Shown: in pieces, positions 49,477-61,670 of the stretch
How positions within the stretch are numbered: the first letter of the stretch is position 1
How the letters are laid out: every line of letters begins with the position of its first letter
Source: Callorhinchus milii
Lineage: Eukaryota
Direction of reading: 5' to 3'
Length of the DNA stretch: 64,000 nucleotides
Assembly (NCBI RefSeq): GCF_018977255.1
Contig: NW_024704742.1
Location: 2,048,001-2,112,000, forward strand
Made by a program: the position numbers and the translations under genes
The notes under the pieces: generated by a model
The model's input: only the letters and a program-made list of their open reading frames with translations
What the model was told of the DNA's origin: nothing
Database searches by the model: none

Positions 49477-51002
49477 CTTAGACGAATGATTAGTAAAGTT
49501 TTCTTTCATTCTGTTTGGTTCAATCCATTACACAGAGCCTATCTACAGTAGTTCTGTGAGACATGGTCCAATGCTCTGTATTCAATGTAGCATTTTATAT
49601 TCATATTAAATTCTACCCGAACTTTCTTTTGTTGCAATTTTATGACAGCAATATTTAAAGGTTATTCAATTTGCAGCGTTACACAGATGAGGTTGAAGAG
49701 AGAAGCAGTACAACATTATTACTTCCTTCATCTGGTTCATTAAATATAAACTAAGTAATAATGGCAGACGGCATGCATACTTTTCCAACTGTATATCTAT
49801 ACATATGTAGCTAGGAATTCAGGCAGATATGGAGCCAACTCGTAACAAGGACAATTAACCTTTCGCTGTCCCAGGCCAATACATCACTTTTAATTACATA
49901 CAGAGCTCATTCAGACTCAATGGTGCAGTGTATTTTTCAAATCAGCCATTAATTAATGCTTTACGTTCCCGGTTGTGTTCATCTTATTTCGCAGGTAAGT
50001 AGGTACGGGTTTTCACTATTAAAATAACTTCTTTTTCCGAGTGCAAGTTTTCCGACACGGGTGGGGTGGGGTGGGGTGGGGAGGGGCGCAGGGATTTGTG
50101 AGAGAGGAGGGGGAGGGAGGGAAAGTCCTTGAATGGGGACTGGTTCGTGGGGCTGTGAAGTTTGCAAGGACCTCGCTTTTATCCTCTGCGCTTGGTTTTG
50201 TGATCTCAGTCAGAACATCAAAATATGCTCGGATATGAGCGCGTGTGCAAGTTGGTCAAGTATCCGACAAGGTTTGGATACGAATTCCTCAAAAGTCCGC
50301 CTGTAAGAACCAATTTATGATTGTACAGAACTGAGGGGAAGTTCTTAATTCAGTCGTCATTTGATCCCTGCGCCTTGTTGAGAATGGTGGAAAACCGGCA
50401 GCCAGAGCAAGGCAGAATTGAATGAGTTTCCATAATTCTGGCGACCGTTTAATATCCTTTTCTTTTAAAAAAAGAAAAATAGTCTGGCAGAGCGGGACTA
50501 AAGTGGAATGTCGGCCCTCTCTGATCAATTGGCCGGCTGACACTGTGTAAGCTCACGCATCAGGAATGGTCACTTGGGTGAGGTAATAGGGGCAAGTCTC
50601 ATCACTTACCCTCCTGCTGAATGAAGCAGTGCTCAGCATCTCAGGGCTGGGGTGGGGGCGGTGGGGGGGGTGGCGGTCGGTGTGCGTGTGGGGGGGAGGA
50701 AGAGGCAGAGACGAGGCTGGAGCCGTATGAGATGAAATTTCTTCTTCCCTTTGCGCTCTCTCGATAAATATCACTGTGCCTGTTTACTAATATTTGACTT
50801 GTACCTCGGTATCTTCGGCGAGTCAAGGAACCGGTGTGTTACTTCCAGCATTCTGAACTGCGCGGATTTCAGACGGGCAACTACGCAGGAATAAAGTAAA
50901 TTAGCTTGAAACCGCTCAATTTAAAAAAAATGTTGGTGGTGGGCTAGTGTGAGTGTTACAGCGTTGGCTCTCTATTTCTTTTCAGCAGCTGCAATTTGTT
51001 TT

Positions 51003-51190
51003 GGGGTCGGCCGGGTGTCTGACACAGGCGGAAACCAGTCAACCCCCCCCCCCTTCGTGTTATCGACAGCAGACTGAGAATACCGTATACGCTTGGAGAT
51101 TTCCCGGTGTCTGGAATGGAATGCACACTCTCTCCCTGGGGGGAGCCGTACCTGCTTCCCCAATTCCGGAGGGTATCAGGCACAGATCGT
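51003..51190 (-). mobile_element. unclassified interspersed repeat (family X)
   Basis: CCGGGTGTCTGACACAGGCGGAAACC...TGGAATGGAATGCACACTCTCTCCCTGGGGGGAG...AATTCCGGAGGGTATCAGGCACAG matches 37180-37360. Confidence 0.7.
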
Positions 51191-52402
51191 CAGTACGCCA
51201 GAGTGTCTGTGCCCATCTGTGCCCCAAGAATTCAGGGGTCCTCACACTGGCGTTCAAATCCCTCCATACCCTGGCACCTGCCTACCTCTCCAACCAGCAG
51301 CTCGATGCAGTGATGGGTGTGGGGGGGGGGGTGGGGAGGGAGGGAGAACACAGCAGGGTGGGTGTTTTGTGAGGATAAGGTCAGCCGGGCCGAAAGAGCC
51401 TCCTTCATCCAAAACAATTTGGTGATCTTGCGATGTTCAGAAAGGAGCAGACTCGATCATAAAACACACACGCAACTAATCTAGGAGGGCTGTGCACCGA
51501 CAGAGGTCATAAACCTTGCGAGGCATTGAGAATAAGAAGGAAGTGATTGATTGTACAAATATAATGAGATTTAGTGCCTCTTTGACACTAACAGTTCTTT
51601 TATTATTATGTGGAGACGTGTTATCCACGGTGCTGCGCTTGACAGACAGAATTTTGTCCTCGGAGTTGGATGGTTACTCAGCAACAGAGCCAGAGCAAAG
51701 GCAACAATCAATTGAAAATGTTGTTTCTTCGCTGCTCAATTTGCTCGGCGCTGATATCGCCACCCACACCCCCCCCGCACCCCCGACCACTTCACAATGC
51801 AAATCCTGGCTGGTCGCATCAACTTCTATTCTAAGTAATTGGATTTTAGCCATTTTCGGGGAGTGCGATGGGGTGGGGGGGTGGGGGGGAGGAAGGTCTT
51901 TCGAGCTCCACTGCGGGTGTGTAATGGTAAGTCTCCCAACTGTCGCTCATTAAGAGAGACAATCGCTCGTTTTCAGTTTAACAACTTAATTTATTCTCCC
52001 GCTCATGGCTCTGGCAAATAAATACTGCTTTATGTGTTTGGCAGGCTTGCTGTCTCTCAATTGCCAAGCGACATTGCAGGACATGGATGTTGTCCTGGAA
52101 GCAGGGAGGCGGAAAAAGCATACAAAGACTGTTATCTGGGGATCGTTGAGCTGGCAAGGTTTGGTGAATCCGATGCAAGCAGTGAACGTGCAGTGATTTT
52201 ATTCGACCTCCAGGGCTTGTACTTGAAGGGTTAAAGGAGAAGCCGTTGATCGCACGAGAGTTAAATTGCGTTTTTTTTTTCTTTTGGCAGTGTTTCCATT
52301 TCAAAACCACAATGTATTGCAATCCAGTATTGCTCTGCAGTTCCCCTTCACCCTGGAATTTCTCCTTTTTGACTTTCGAGGTCAAAACTACTACTACTGC
52401 TC

Positions 52403-52755
52403 ATAATAATCCTCGCCTTTCTTACAGCGCCTTATCACGGCTTCGAGACGTCTCAAAGCGCTTCACAGGATACCCTGTAAAGTGGATAGACTGTGTATTT
52501 TGCGGGCGAAACGCGGCAGCCAATTGCGCACAGCAGCGTCCCCAGTCGTGGATTGAGTGACCAAACTATTATTTTGCTTTTCGGAGGGATTATTACCACC
52601 AGAAAGCGATCTGCAATACGAATAACAGCCGGGTTCCTACTTACTGCTGTCTTAAACAGAGGCGTGTGGAGTAAGGAAACCTGCCCGGGAATCAAACACC
52701 GGGTCCTCTCTCTCGCACGCGAGGCGAGTGCTCTAACCCCTGTGTTACGGGGACC
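52403..52755 (-). mobile_element. tRNA-derived SINE, long subfamily
   Basis: Reverse complement has head, internal segment, core and GAGACGTCTCGAAGCCGTGATAAGGCGCT tail. Confidence 0.9.
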
Positions 52756-53964
52756 GCAGTATCGTGGCGCTACAGTGAATGAAATCATGAGAGAGGGAAA
52801 ATGTTGAAATTTAACTGTGGCCCAGAGCACTTAAAGATTCATAATTTTAACTCTCGAAACTTTAAAATATTAAAATCATGGAATTTACATCACAGGATGA
52901 GGCCATTTAGTCCATCCACTCGACACTGCTGCCAGATTCACTGCGGCTATTCATTCTAATACCAACGCGTTGCTCTTTGATATCTACCTTGTGGACTCTG
53001 AGATAAATGTGGTCCTTTATTTCCTGGCTGTTTAGTTGATTTCTATGCTGTACATTTTGGGGAAGTTCAATGTCATCCAAGGTGAATAAACCTAAACGTT
53101 TTTTTCTAATTATTATGGAATCGGATTAGTTTTTTTTGGGGGGGGCAGGACGGGTGGAAATAAAGGAGCAGATTGTTAATAGAACAAGTTACGTTTCAAA
53201 CACCTGCCATTAAACCCGACTGAAACTGTGGTAACATCATAAAACGATCCTGTTTGCGCTGAACACACGGAGGCAGAGATTTCCTTTTTAGAATTTGACA
53301 CGCGTACCAGCCTATAAATCCTGCACCTGAGTAAAAATGGGAGGATAATTTAAGTCCATTTTAGTGCAGTAAACTTAATGGTTTTTATGATAATGGATGC
53401 GCGAGATGGAATTATAATGTTATTTTTTTTTTCTGAATGGTAATAGGAGATGCTTTGATCGGCCTTCTCCCACAAAGCTGTTTGCTGGTAGAGACCGATT
53501 CAATTCAGCCGTCAGCCCGGCTCGGGAGGTAGGAGCTTTGTGGGTCGCATCCTGACGTAAATCTGAGAGCACAACTAACGTTTGAGGCTGAGAAAGGAAT
53601 CAACATCTGTTGCCTTTGTAACCAAACCATAAAACATAATGCATTTAAAATGACCTCGTAATGCGGGAGTGAGAACAACATAGGCCCTTATTGCAACAGG
53701 GGCCTCGAGAGCTGAGTGCTTTGTGTCTTTTTTTTAATGATCATGGAGGTACAAGCGAATACTAACCATAATAGCTTCGCCATTCCTGGCCAATGCACTT
53801 GCAGAGATTACTTGTGTTGCTGTTGTTGTTGTTTTTTTTTGCAAATGCAACTTTGGCGCAGACGTCGATCGATAGAGTCGCGGAGGATCTTTGAATCGTA
53901 GGAATTTACAGCGCCTGAGGAGGCCATTTGGCCCAATCTTGTCTGCCAGTTGTTTGTTCAGTCC

Positions 53965-54055
53965 TAGTGCCCACAAGATACACAGTCGATTCCCTTTACG
54001 GTATATTCTGTGAAGCGCTTCGAGACGTCTCAACAACGGGGTATCAAATGCAAGG

Positions 54056-54093
<38 letters not shown>
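53965..54093 (+). mobile_element. SINE 3' fragment with (ATT)n
   Basis: CCCACAAGATACACAGTCGATTC...GCGCTTCGAGACGTCTC...AAATGCAAGG(ATT)n. Confidence 0.8.
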
Positions 54094-54721
54094 CATCAAT
54101 GGCTGGACCAAACAGCCCAGAATCGCATGATTCTGTGACACGACAATAGCTGACTTCACGATGATCTCACTGGAGATATCAGCTCACTCCCTCCCCCCCC
54201 ATCTTCGCCTGCGAAGTAAAGTCACTGCGCTTCACTGTGCATCCGAGTGACGTCTTTTGAGATATCCTCCTGAAATGAGAGACGCCAGGTCAAATTTATT
54301 GTTTCGGAGCATCCAGAAACTGACAAACTCTTGAGCGCAAGCTTTAATTTTTTAAGCTGTATGTTTTTCGGGAAGTTCTTTTAGAAACTGCAGAAAACTA
54401 GATTCAAACGTCGCAGCCGAATTCCACAATTTGCCAAATTGTGGACACTCTGAATACCTGAGTGAATAGAGCAACCGTGGACCTTGGTGCAATTTCTCCC
54501 CAGGTGTGTAACTGGGCCTGAGAATGAAATGGAACAGCCATAGGGGAGAGGGGAGATTCACTCTCTGTTATTGCACAAAAATTGGAAAACTTTGTCAATT
54601 GGGTGTTTTTCGTAGCTGCTGTATTTGTAGCTGCTTTATTGATAGTCAAACCTCTATCTCGGGTGATGTTTTGCAATGTGCACTTTACAGTTCGCAAGTT
54701 AAGAAAGACCTGCAATGTAGG

Positions 54722-54860
54722 ATTGCTGCTGTGCGCAATTGGCTCTTTGTTTTGCCCACAAAACACAGTCGATTCACTGTACGATATATTCCGTGAAGCG
54801 CTTTGAGACGTCGCAACGACATGATAAAATGCAAGGGTTATTATTAGTATGATTATTATC
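54722..54860 (+). mobile_element. SINE 3' fragment
   Basis: GCTGTGCGCAATTGGCT...GCGCTTTGAGACGTCGC...AAATGCAAGG. Confidence 0.8.
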
Positions 54861-55659
54861 TTATTTCTCAAAATGAAGGCTACTTCAAAGATAACCGACT
54901 GATGCATAGTCACGCACATTTTATGGACAACCTCTTAACATAGTTCTTTATGTGAATCCATGTCAGATATTTGTCTTTGATATCTAATTTCTGTTATTCT
55001 CTGTTAAAGCATCTTGAGACGTCTGAACGCCATGATAAGGTGCTATATCAAATGCAAGGATGATTATTACTATTATTATTGCATATGTTTCCTGGAGTCT
55101 GGGGAGTTCAGATTAGTTAGACCACACTGACCCATATTTGTTTTGTGCTCCGTGCTATTGCAATGACTGAATTCTCTTGCTACTGGCCTGTTGGCTCTCA
55201 GTTCTTTCTCTGATCTTCACAGGCATGTTCAAGGTCGGAGACTTAAGCTTTCGATATTGTTAATCTACGCGTGCGAGATGGCTTGCTTTTGTTGTGCGTG
55301 TTCTGTGTCTGTTTATCCCAAACCTCGCCTCGCACTTCCCCAAGTCCAGTTTGTGTTTCTGAGCCATTGTGGAATTTTCACACTGATGTCTGCGTTGCAT
55401 TCCAAGCAGTGAACGGCAACGGGTTCACAGAGAAGGACCTCATTAGATCGGGATGTTGAGCCCGAAGTAACAATGGGAGTTTTAAGCGTCTGTAGTATGA
55501 TGATCGCTCGCTCGGTTGAAACTCTACAGAGCTCGCAAGAAACAGCACTGCTGTCTCATCGCTGTACCTGTGTTCGCTGCTGCAAATTATTGATAAGCCT
55601 TTTCAGAATGAAAATGTTGTCGATGATGCTAACAATGCTTATATTGGGTGGTGTGGCGG

Positions 55660-56195
55660 TTTTCACCTGCTTCTAGGACATATTGTAAAGTGAAGTGACT
55701 GTATATTTGTAGGACAACAAGGCAGCCCATTCGCGTGCAGCAATGTCCCACGGTCGTGCACGAATCGAACACCAATGTTATTTCGGTCCATCTGGCGGGG
55801 CCTCAATTTAATGTCTCATCCAAAGGACGGCTCCTCCAACAATGCAACAACAACAAGATTCCATTTATTGAGCGCCTTTCAGGTCGGGAGGACGTCCCAA
55901 GGCGCTGTACAGTTAGGTCAGGACCCGAGCAGGGGGGAAATGGTCAGGGTGAGGGGAGGGAAGGGAGGGAGCGAGGAGGGGGTAGAGAGTCGAGAGGGGA
56001 GCTGAAGGCTGAAGGTCAAAGAGAAAGGTCTTGAGACCGGCCTTGAAGGAGGAAAGGGAGGAGGCGGCGAAGGCACTGGGGGATAGAGTTCCAGAGCCCC
56101 AAGAACTGCATTGGAGTGTCGTCCTGGACTGAGTGAGTTTTGAGTCCTGATGTGAGGCGTGAACTCGTTACCTTCTGACTCAGAGAGCGCTACCG
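55660..56195 (-). mobile_element. Deu-domain SINE split by an L2 insertion
   Basis: Core (TTTAATGTCTCATCCAAAGGACGGCTCCTCCAACAATGCA) ends at about 55845; the element resumes at about 56103 (ACTGCATTGGAGTGTC...CCTTCTGACTCAGAGAGCGCTACC). Confidence 0.7.
55845..56100 (-). mobile_element. L2 LINE 3' end
   Basis: (CAA)n tail, GCGCCTTTCAGGTCGGGAGGACGTCCCAAGGCGCTG, and a minus-strand LWNSIP...SFKAGLKTFL remnant. Confidence 0.85.
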
Positions 56196-59100
56196 CTGTG
56201 CGCGTCCTCATCAGGCACATTGCAGAGTCGTTGAAGGTAGACTGCAGTTTGCCTATCCTGAAGCTTGGAATAAATGGAAGCATGACACCACTGCTGCCCG
56301 GTCTTCGATCACCTCCAGTGTTGTAATGTTCGTTCTTTTATGCCAGCATTGTTCAATTTTTCTTTTAGAAAAAGAAAGCAAATAGATATTCAGACTTTGC
56401 TCAACTCGCCATGGCTTGCCAGGCGTAGCAATGAGAAATGGCAAAAGTATTATCTAACATAAATAAGCTTATTATCGAGCATAGTATTGATCATATCTAT
56501 ATAATAGGAGAATGCGCTAATACTATATAATGTGATAAATGTTGCTGGATGTACTGTATGCGAATGTTAACGGGTGGATTGATCTTTTATGGTTAATTTC
56601 AAGGAAGTGAATTGAGCAGTAAACGGAAAAAAATCCTTAAAGCCTTTTTTTGCCCGCCTATCTTTGCAAAAATATGACAGTGTTAGCAACCGCTTTATAT
56701 TGTCAGAAAAATGATTTTCCTATTGTCGGTATAGAGAGGTACTTCAGATTTGCATTAACTTTTCTTTCAATTGCCATTGTGCTCTGCCCCTCGCACTTTT
56801 CATAGCTACTATTGTGTGCAGCACTGTATTTTATTATTGTGCATAAAAGAGCTTATGGCTAGCGATGGCTGGCAGGCAAAAATAATTATACTGATGTTCA
56901 GGAAGTAGCAGCATTAGGCTTCAATTCAGCTTGAAGTGTAATAATATGTATTACACACAAGAAAGCCTCATTCCCACGTGACTTTAGCTCATGTGGATCC
57001 ATCCTTATTCAAACCCAGTACACTCTCACCATTCCTCCTCAAAATCCAGTGTTCCAGTAGCATTGCTCACCAAATTCAGTGTTCCTGTGATAAAATAGTT
57101 AATATCCATTGCTCGTGTTATCGTGCCAGCGTCTTTGTTCCCCGTAGACCAGTGTAATATTGGAATACGTTGATTTCTAAAAATTCACAATTATAGAAAA
57201 CAGCAATGGGTTTGGCTGAGGGAACTTAACGTAATAGCCACGTCTTGGATTTCTAATAAGTTAGACACACTATCTTTCACACTTTACTGAAATGATCCAA
57301 TGGATTGCTGCCTTCTAAATCCCCGAGGTAGTGATGATCGGGTTTTTAATAAACACAATAGATTATAATTCTGTGTATTTTAATGTGCTGCAATGTAATC
57401 TTGTAGTCCTATAGGTTATAGGATAATCAACTAACTAACTAACTAACTAACAGGGTACTCCTACATCACTATCTACTTTACGTCAATATCTAAAGCATAC
57501 GTTCAACCTTATGCCAATATCTGAAGCAGGGAATGCCGTGCTGTGGAGGTGGCGATATGGGTTACATTGTCCCAGGTGTCGTCCTACATCTTCAGATGTG
57601 ATGTTAAACCAAGGTCCCGTTTATAAAATCCTTCAGCATTTTTCTTTCTGTTCACTGCCAGTCTTTCCTCACATCCCCGCTTGTCCTTTCACACCATTTT
57701 TGCTTCCTTTCTATGTATTTTTGTCCATTGCTTGTTTTTCTTTTGTGTCATACTGTATCTTTACATTGATTGCATGCCTCTCTTTTAAATCATATTAATT
57801 TCTCTACTCATCTGAGGAACTCTAGTTTTAGCAGTACCCCCTTTATTTAATTGTAGATATAAGCAGACTTTGTACCCAGCTTGTCTCGGATTTGAAAGTT
57901 TCCCACTGCTCATCTACTGTCTCATCTGCTAGACTTCCTACCAAATTTATTGGTTAGATCACTCACCTCACAAGCGAGAGGACCTGGGTTTGATTCACTA
58001 TTTGCTAAACGCTCCCCTACTCTCACATTACTCACTTGCTCCACTTCATTTTCCTACAACAAGATCAAGAACAGCTTCCTTCCTACTGAACACGGACTGG
58101 TTAAAGAAACTATCATGTACACACTGCAGAAAAACGTCCCCTTATTGGCCACTCACATTGTCTGCAATACACTTTGCACAGCACATCTGTTGATCTCAAA
58201 TCTACATTGTCCTTCAAAATGAACCGGGTATCATGAAGAATAGCAGGAGGTTCAAAGTAATAACTTTTCCTTCTTCTAGCAACTGGCAGAAGCTGCTTTG
58301 CCTCACTATCTTGAGGTCTGAGATGGCACCAGAACGGCTAGATTGAATTACTGCCTTACAGCTGTCTGCCAGAAGTCTGTATACATTGGCCACTTCAAAT
58401 GAAGTGGTAGCATTTGGCAGCGATATTAGAGCCGTGTAAATTAATAACGTACAGTAGCTACAATACTGCCTCTCATTAGTTCAGTTTACTACTGCTGTAG
58501 CTGGCAGGAAATTAACACTAATAAGAGTTCAATGTGGTTGAGGGAGAAATTCCAAGCAGCTCCATTCCGCTACGTACAATAGTCAGTTGCATGTGATGTT
58601 CAGTTTCTTTAATTGCATCTAATGCTTTGTACGTAAATCCCAATACCATCTAATGCCTGCCTGTATGTAATTCCCAATTCCATGTCATGACCTTTTGCAC
58701 CATCATGTCTAATTAGATGTAAGTCAGACATTGTCATCTCCAATAAAGAGCTTCAGTTATATCTCTTTCAAAGTTCTCATTGCCACGGATTCTTGGTCTA
58801 TTCCTCTCGTAACAATGTGGGCTGACAAGGACTTTGATCGAAATGAGTTCTGATAGCCTCAGTCTGCTATCCTCGGCATGTGTCTCAGGATCCCACAGCA
58901 CAAAGCAGCTGGCAGGTTGAACAGAGTTGGCACTAACGTTCGACTCTCGCTTAGAGACTCGCCATGAGCATAGGCCATATGGGAAAGGAGTCCTGCTTAG
59001 GCTCAATTTTCTCCAGCCTGCTCTAGGAAATTGTGCTTTCCGTGCGTTAGCTTGACCTGCAGTGCTATTTTTTTTATGATCCATCTGGTTTGGTCTATAC

Positions 59101-59579
59101 CCTTTAAACAAGCTTTGTATCAACTTGTCTTAAATACTGGTAACTGTACACCTCCCTATTACCTTTGAGAAGGTGTGTAGGAGGACAGTGCACATCTAAA
59201 GAATGATTGCAAAGGAGTTAACTTAACAATATACAGGACACAATGGATATTCGGTAGGTGTTACAGGAGTATTGCTAAGGGGCTGAGATAGTTTCTATAG
59301 ATAATAATGGATGCCTGAAAATAACTACCCCAGTTCCTTCAGATGTAACATTAAACCAAGATTCCATCTGCCTCCTCAGGCAGATGTTAAAGATCTTATG
59401 GAAAGATTGAAGAAATGCACCTTACGAACATAAGAAATACTAGACGAAAAGAGACCAATGTCCATCTAGTTCACCTTCCACCGTAGTCGGCTGCACATAT
59501 GTCCCAAACTACCTATGTACTATATCCCACAATGTTCTTTCCTAAAATAAATCTATCTCATCTGCCTTCACATACTGTA

Positions 59580-59805
59580 GTCACTGGGTATCAAGGGCAC
59601 AACATGGATATGGATTCACAATTGGCTAAAGGGAAGGAGGCAAAAGGTTTTTGCTAGGGTAGCTGGATCAGAAGGGGGAAAGGTATTAAAGGTAGGGTGG
59701 CTCAGGGGTCTGTACTGGGACTCATCTTGTTCCTCGTTATATTAATGACCTAGATTCATAGACCCAGTGTAAGATAGTTATATTTACAGATGACACCAAC
59801 TTGAT
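59580..59805 (+). mobile_element. CR1 LINE RT fragment
   Basis: GIKGTTWIWIHNWLKGRRQKV, then QGSVLGLILFL and INDL...CKIVIFTDDT in shifted frames. Confidence 0.8.
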
Positions 59806-60029
59806 TTAACGTCTCAACTCAGGAAAGGACCTTCGACAATGCAGAATTCCCCCAACACTGCATTGGAATGTCAACTCACCATCGATCCAAAGACCCTCTA
59901 AGAAGCATTGATTTCTGTACGAGAACCTGGCGTAACTTTCCTAAACTTTTTAAAATGAGCAAACTGGGTGCGAAAACCTTACGCTTTTATTCCTGGATCA
60001 GGGAGAGAGTCTGTCCTCCATTTCAGACA

Positions 60030-60605
60030 AATACAATATCTGAGTATATAGCACCCTTCATGTGGGGTAGTGCATCGGAGAGTTTAACAGTGGTGGGGCT
60101 TGATACTGAGCCTGGGAGAGGAATGAGAAGACCAAGGCAGAGGGATTGAGGAAGAGAATTCCATAGTTTTGGGGAATAGTGACCAAAATCATGGCCACTG
60201 ATGGTGGAGTGTCTCGGACAAGGGATGTGCAGGAGACCAGAGTCGGCTGAGCGAAGGCGGAGTTAGGGTGGAATGTGGTTTAAGCAGGTCGGAGAGGTAG
60301 GGAGATGCCAGGACATGAAGTGATTTGTACAAGTGTGAGAGGACCTTGAAATCGGCCCTTTCTGTAATAGGGAGCCAGTAGAGCCTGGCAAGGCCTTGGA
60401 GAATGGGGGTACAGAGTTTGGAGTGGGTAAGGATATGGGTGGTACAGTTTTGACTGAATTGGATTTTGTGAATTGTGGAGCTGGGGAGACTGGGGAGGAA
60501 GGCGTTGGAATAGACCAAGGCTTGGATAAGGATTTCGGCTGCAATGGGTGTGAGGTACAGTTGAGATGGGGCAATGTAACGGAGGTGGAAGAAAGTGGTC
60601 CTGGA
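60030..60605 (-). mobile_element. L2 LINE ORF2 C-terminus and 3' UTR
   Basis: YSNAFLPSLPSSTIHKIQFSQN...LARLYWLPITERADFKVLSHLYKSLHVLASPYLSDLL (track ORF 60189..60518) is typical L2 ORF2 C-terminal sequence. Confidence 0.85.
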
Positions 60606-61119
60606 TGCCAGTGCGGGAGTAAATTAGGTCCTTTTGGGTGAAAGTTTACAGTACAAAGCAAAGAAACTGGTACTAAATTGGTGCAAAAACAAAGGCAATG
60701 TAATTTATCAAAGCATTAATATAACTAATTCTGCTCTGGTCAGCTGCAATGAAAGGACAATACAAAGCAGCAGACAATCTTCTATCTCACCGTGATTACG
60801 CCCTGTTCCTGTCGAGCCTTTTGACCCCGATTGTATCGAAAATTGGATGAACAATTTACATTTACTCGAGCTGATGAATGAGGACTCTACCAATCTGGAG
60901 AGATGTCATAATACAAAGGGCAAAGGGAATGGGAAACCACTCCAACATATACGTTTTTTGAAACAATTATCCTGGCCTCACTGCATGTAATATTTGGAGA
61001 AGCCATTGCAATATCTGTGCTAGAGTCAAACATAAACTAGATTAACGGTGTTGCCATCTGTTCAGATTACTTACATGTGAATTCACTTGAAAAAAGAAAA
61101 CTGCGTACTTCAACATTCA

Positions 61120-61229
61120 CTCACAAAATGTACGGTAAATTCACTTCACAGTATATTCGGTGAAGCGCTTTGAGACGTCTCAACAATGCGATAAGGCGCT
61201 ATATCAAGTGCAAGGATTATTATTATTAT
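61120..61229 (+). mobile_element. SINE 3' fragment
   Basis: GAAGCGCTTTGAGACGTCTCAACAATGCGATAAGGCGCTATATCAAGTGCAAGG(ATT)n. Confidence 0.8.
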
Positions 61230-61517
61230 ACACAATACCTCCGAGCAAGAGGGACAAAACTTGTGGGGTCAGACACACAACTCTGCAGTTCAACTCAGAG
61301 ACTGAATTTGACGGGAGCTCAGTGGCCTGTTCTGTTTGCAATGATGAATTGCACAGGCAATGATAGATAGCACAAGTTGTGAGCTGTGAGTACAACTTGT
61401 GCAGGACATGTCTTGTAGTGCAATTACAGGACCAGTTACTAAGCCTTTTACCGTTAGTAACTGAAGCAGAATCCCAGTTCAGTGGATTCATGCGGTGTAA
61501 GGCACGGAATACCATCA

Positions 61518-61670
61518 TGTTTGTGGGACGCTGCTGTACGCAACTGGCTGCCGCGCTCTGCCCACAAAACGCACAGTCAATCAACTTCGCATTATATCCT
61601 GTGAAGCGCTTTGAGATGTCTCGACGACGTGATAAGGCTCTATATCAAATGCTAGAATTGGTATTATTAT
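61518..61670 (+). mobile_element. SINE 3' fragment
   Basis: TGTTTGTGGGACGCTGCTGTACGCAACTGGCTGCCGCG...GACGTGATAAGGC. Confidence 0.8.
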
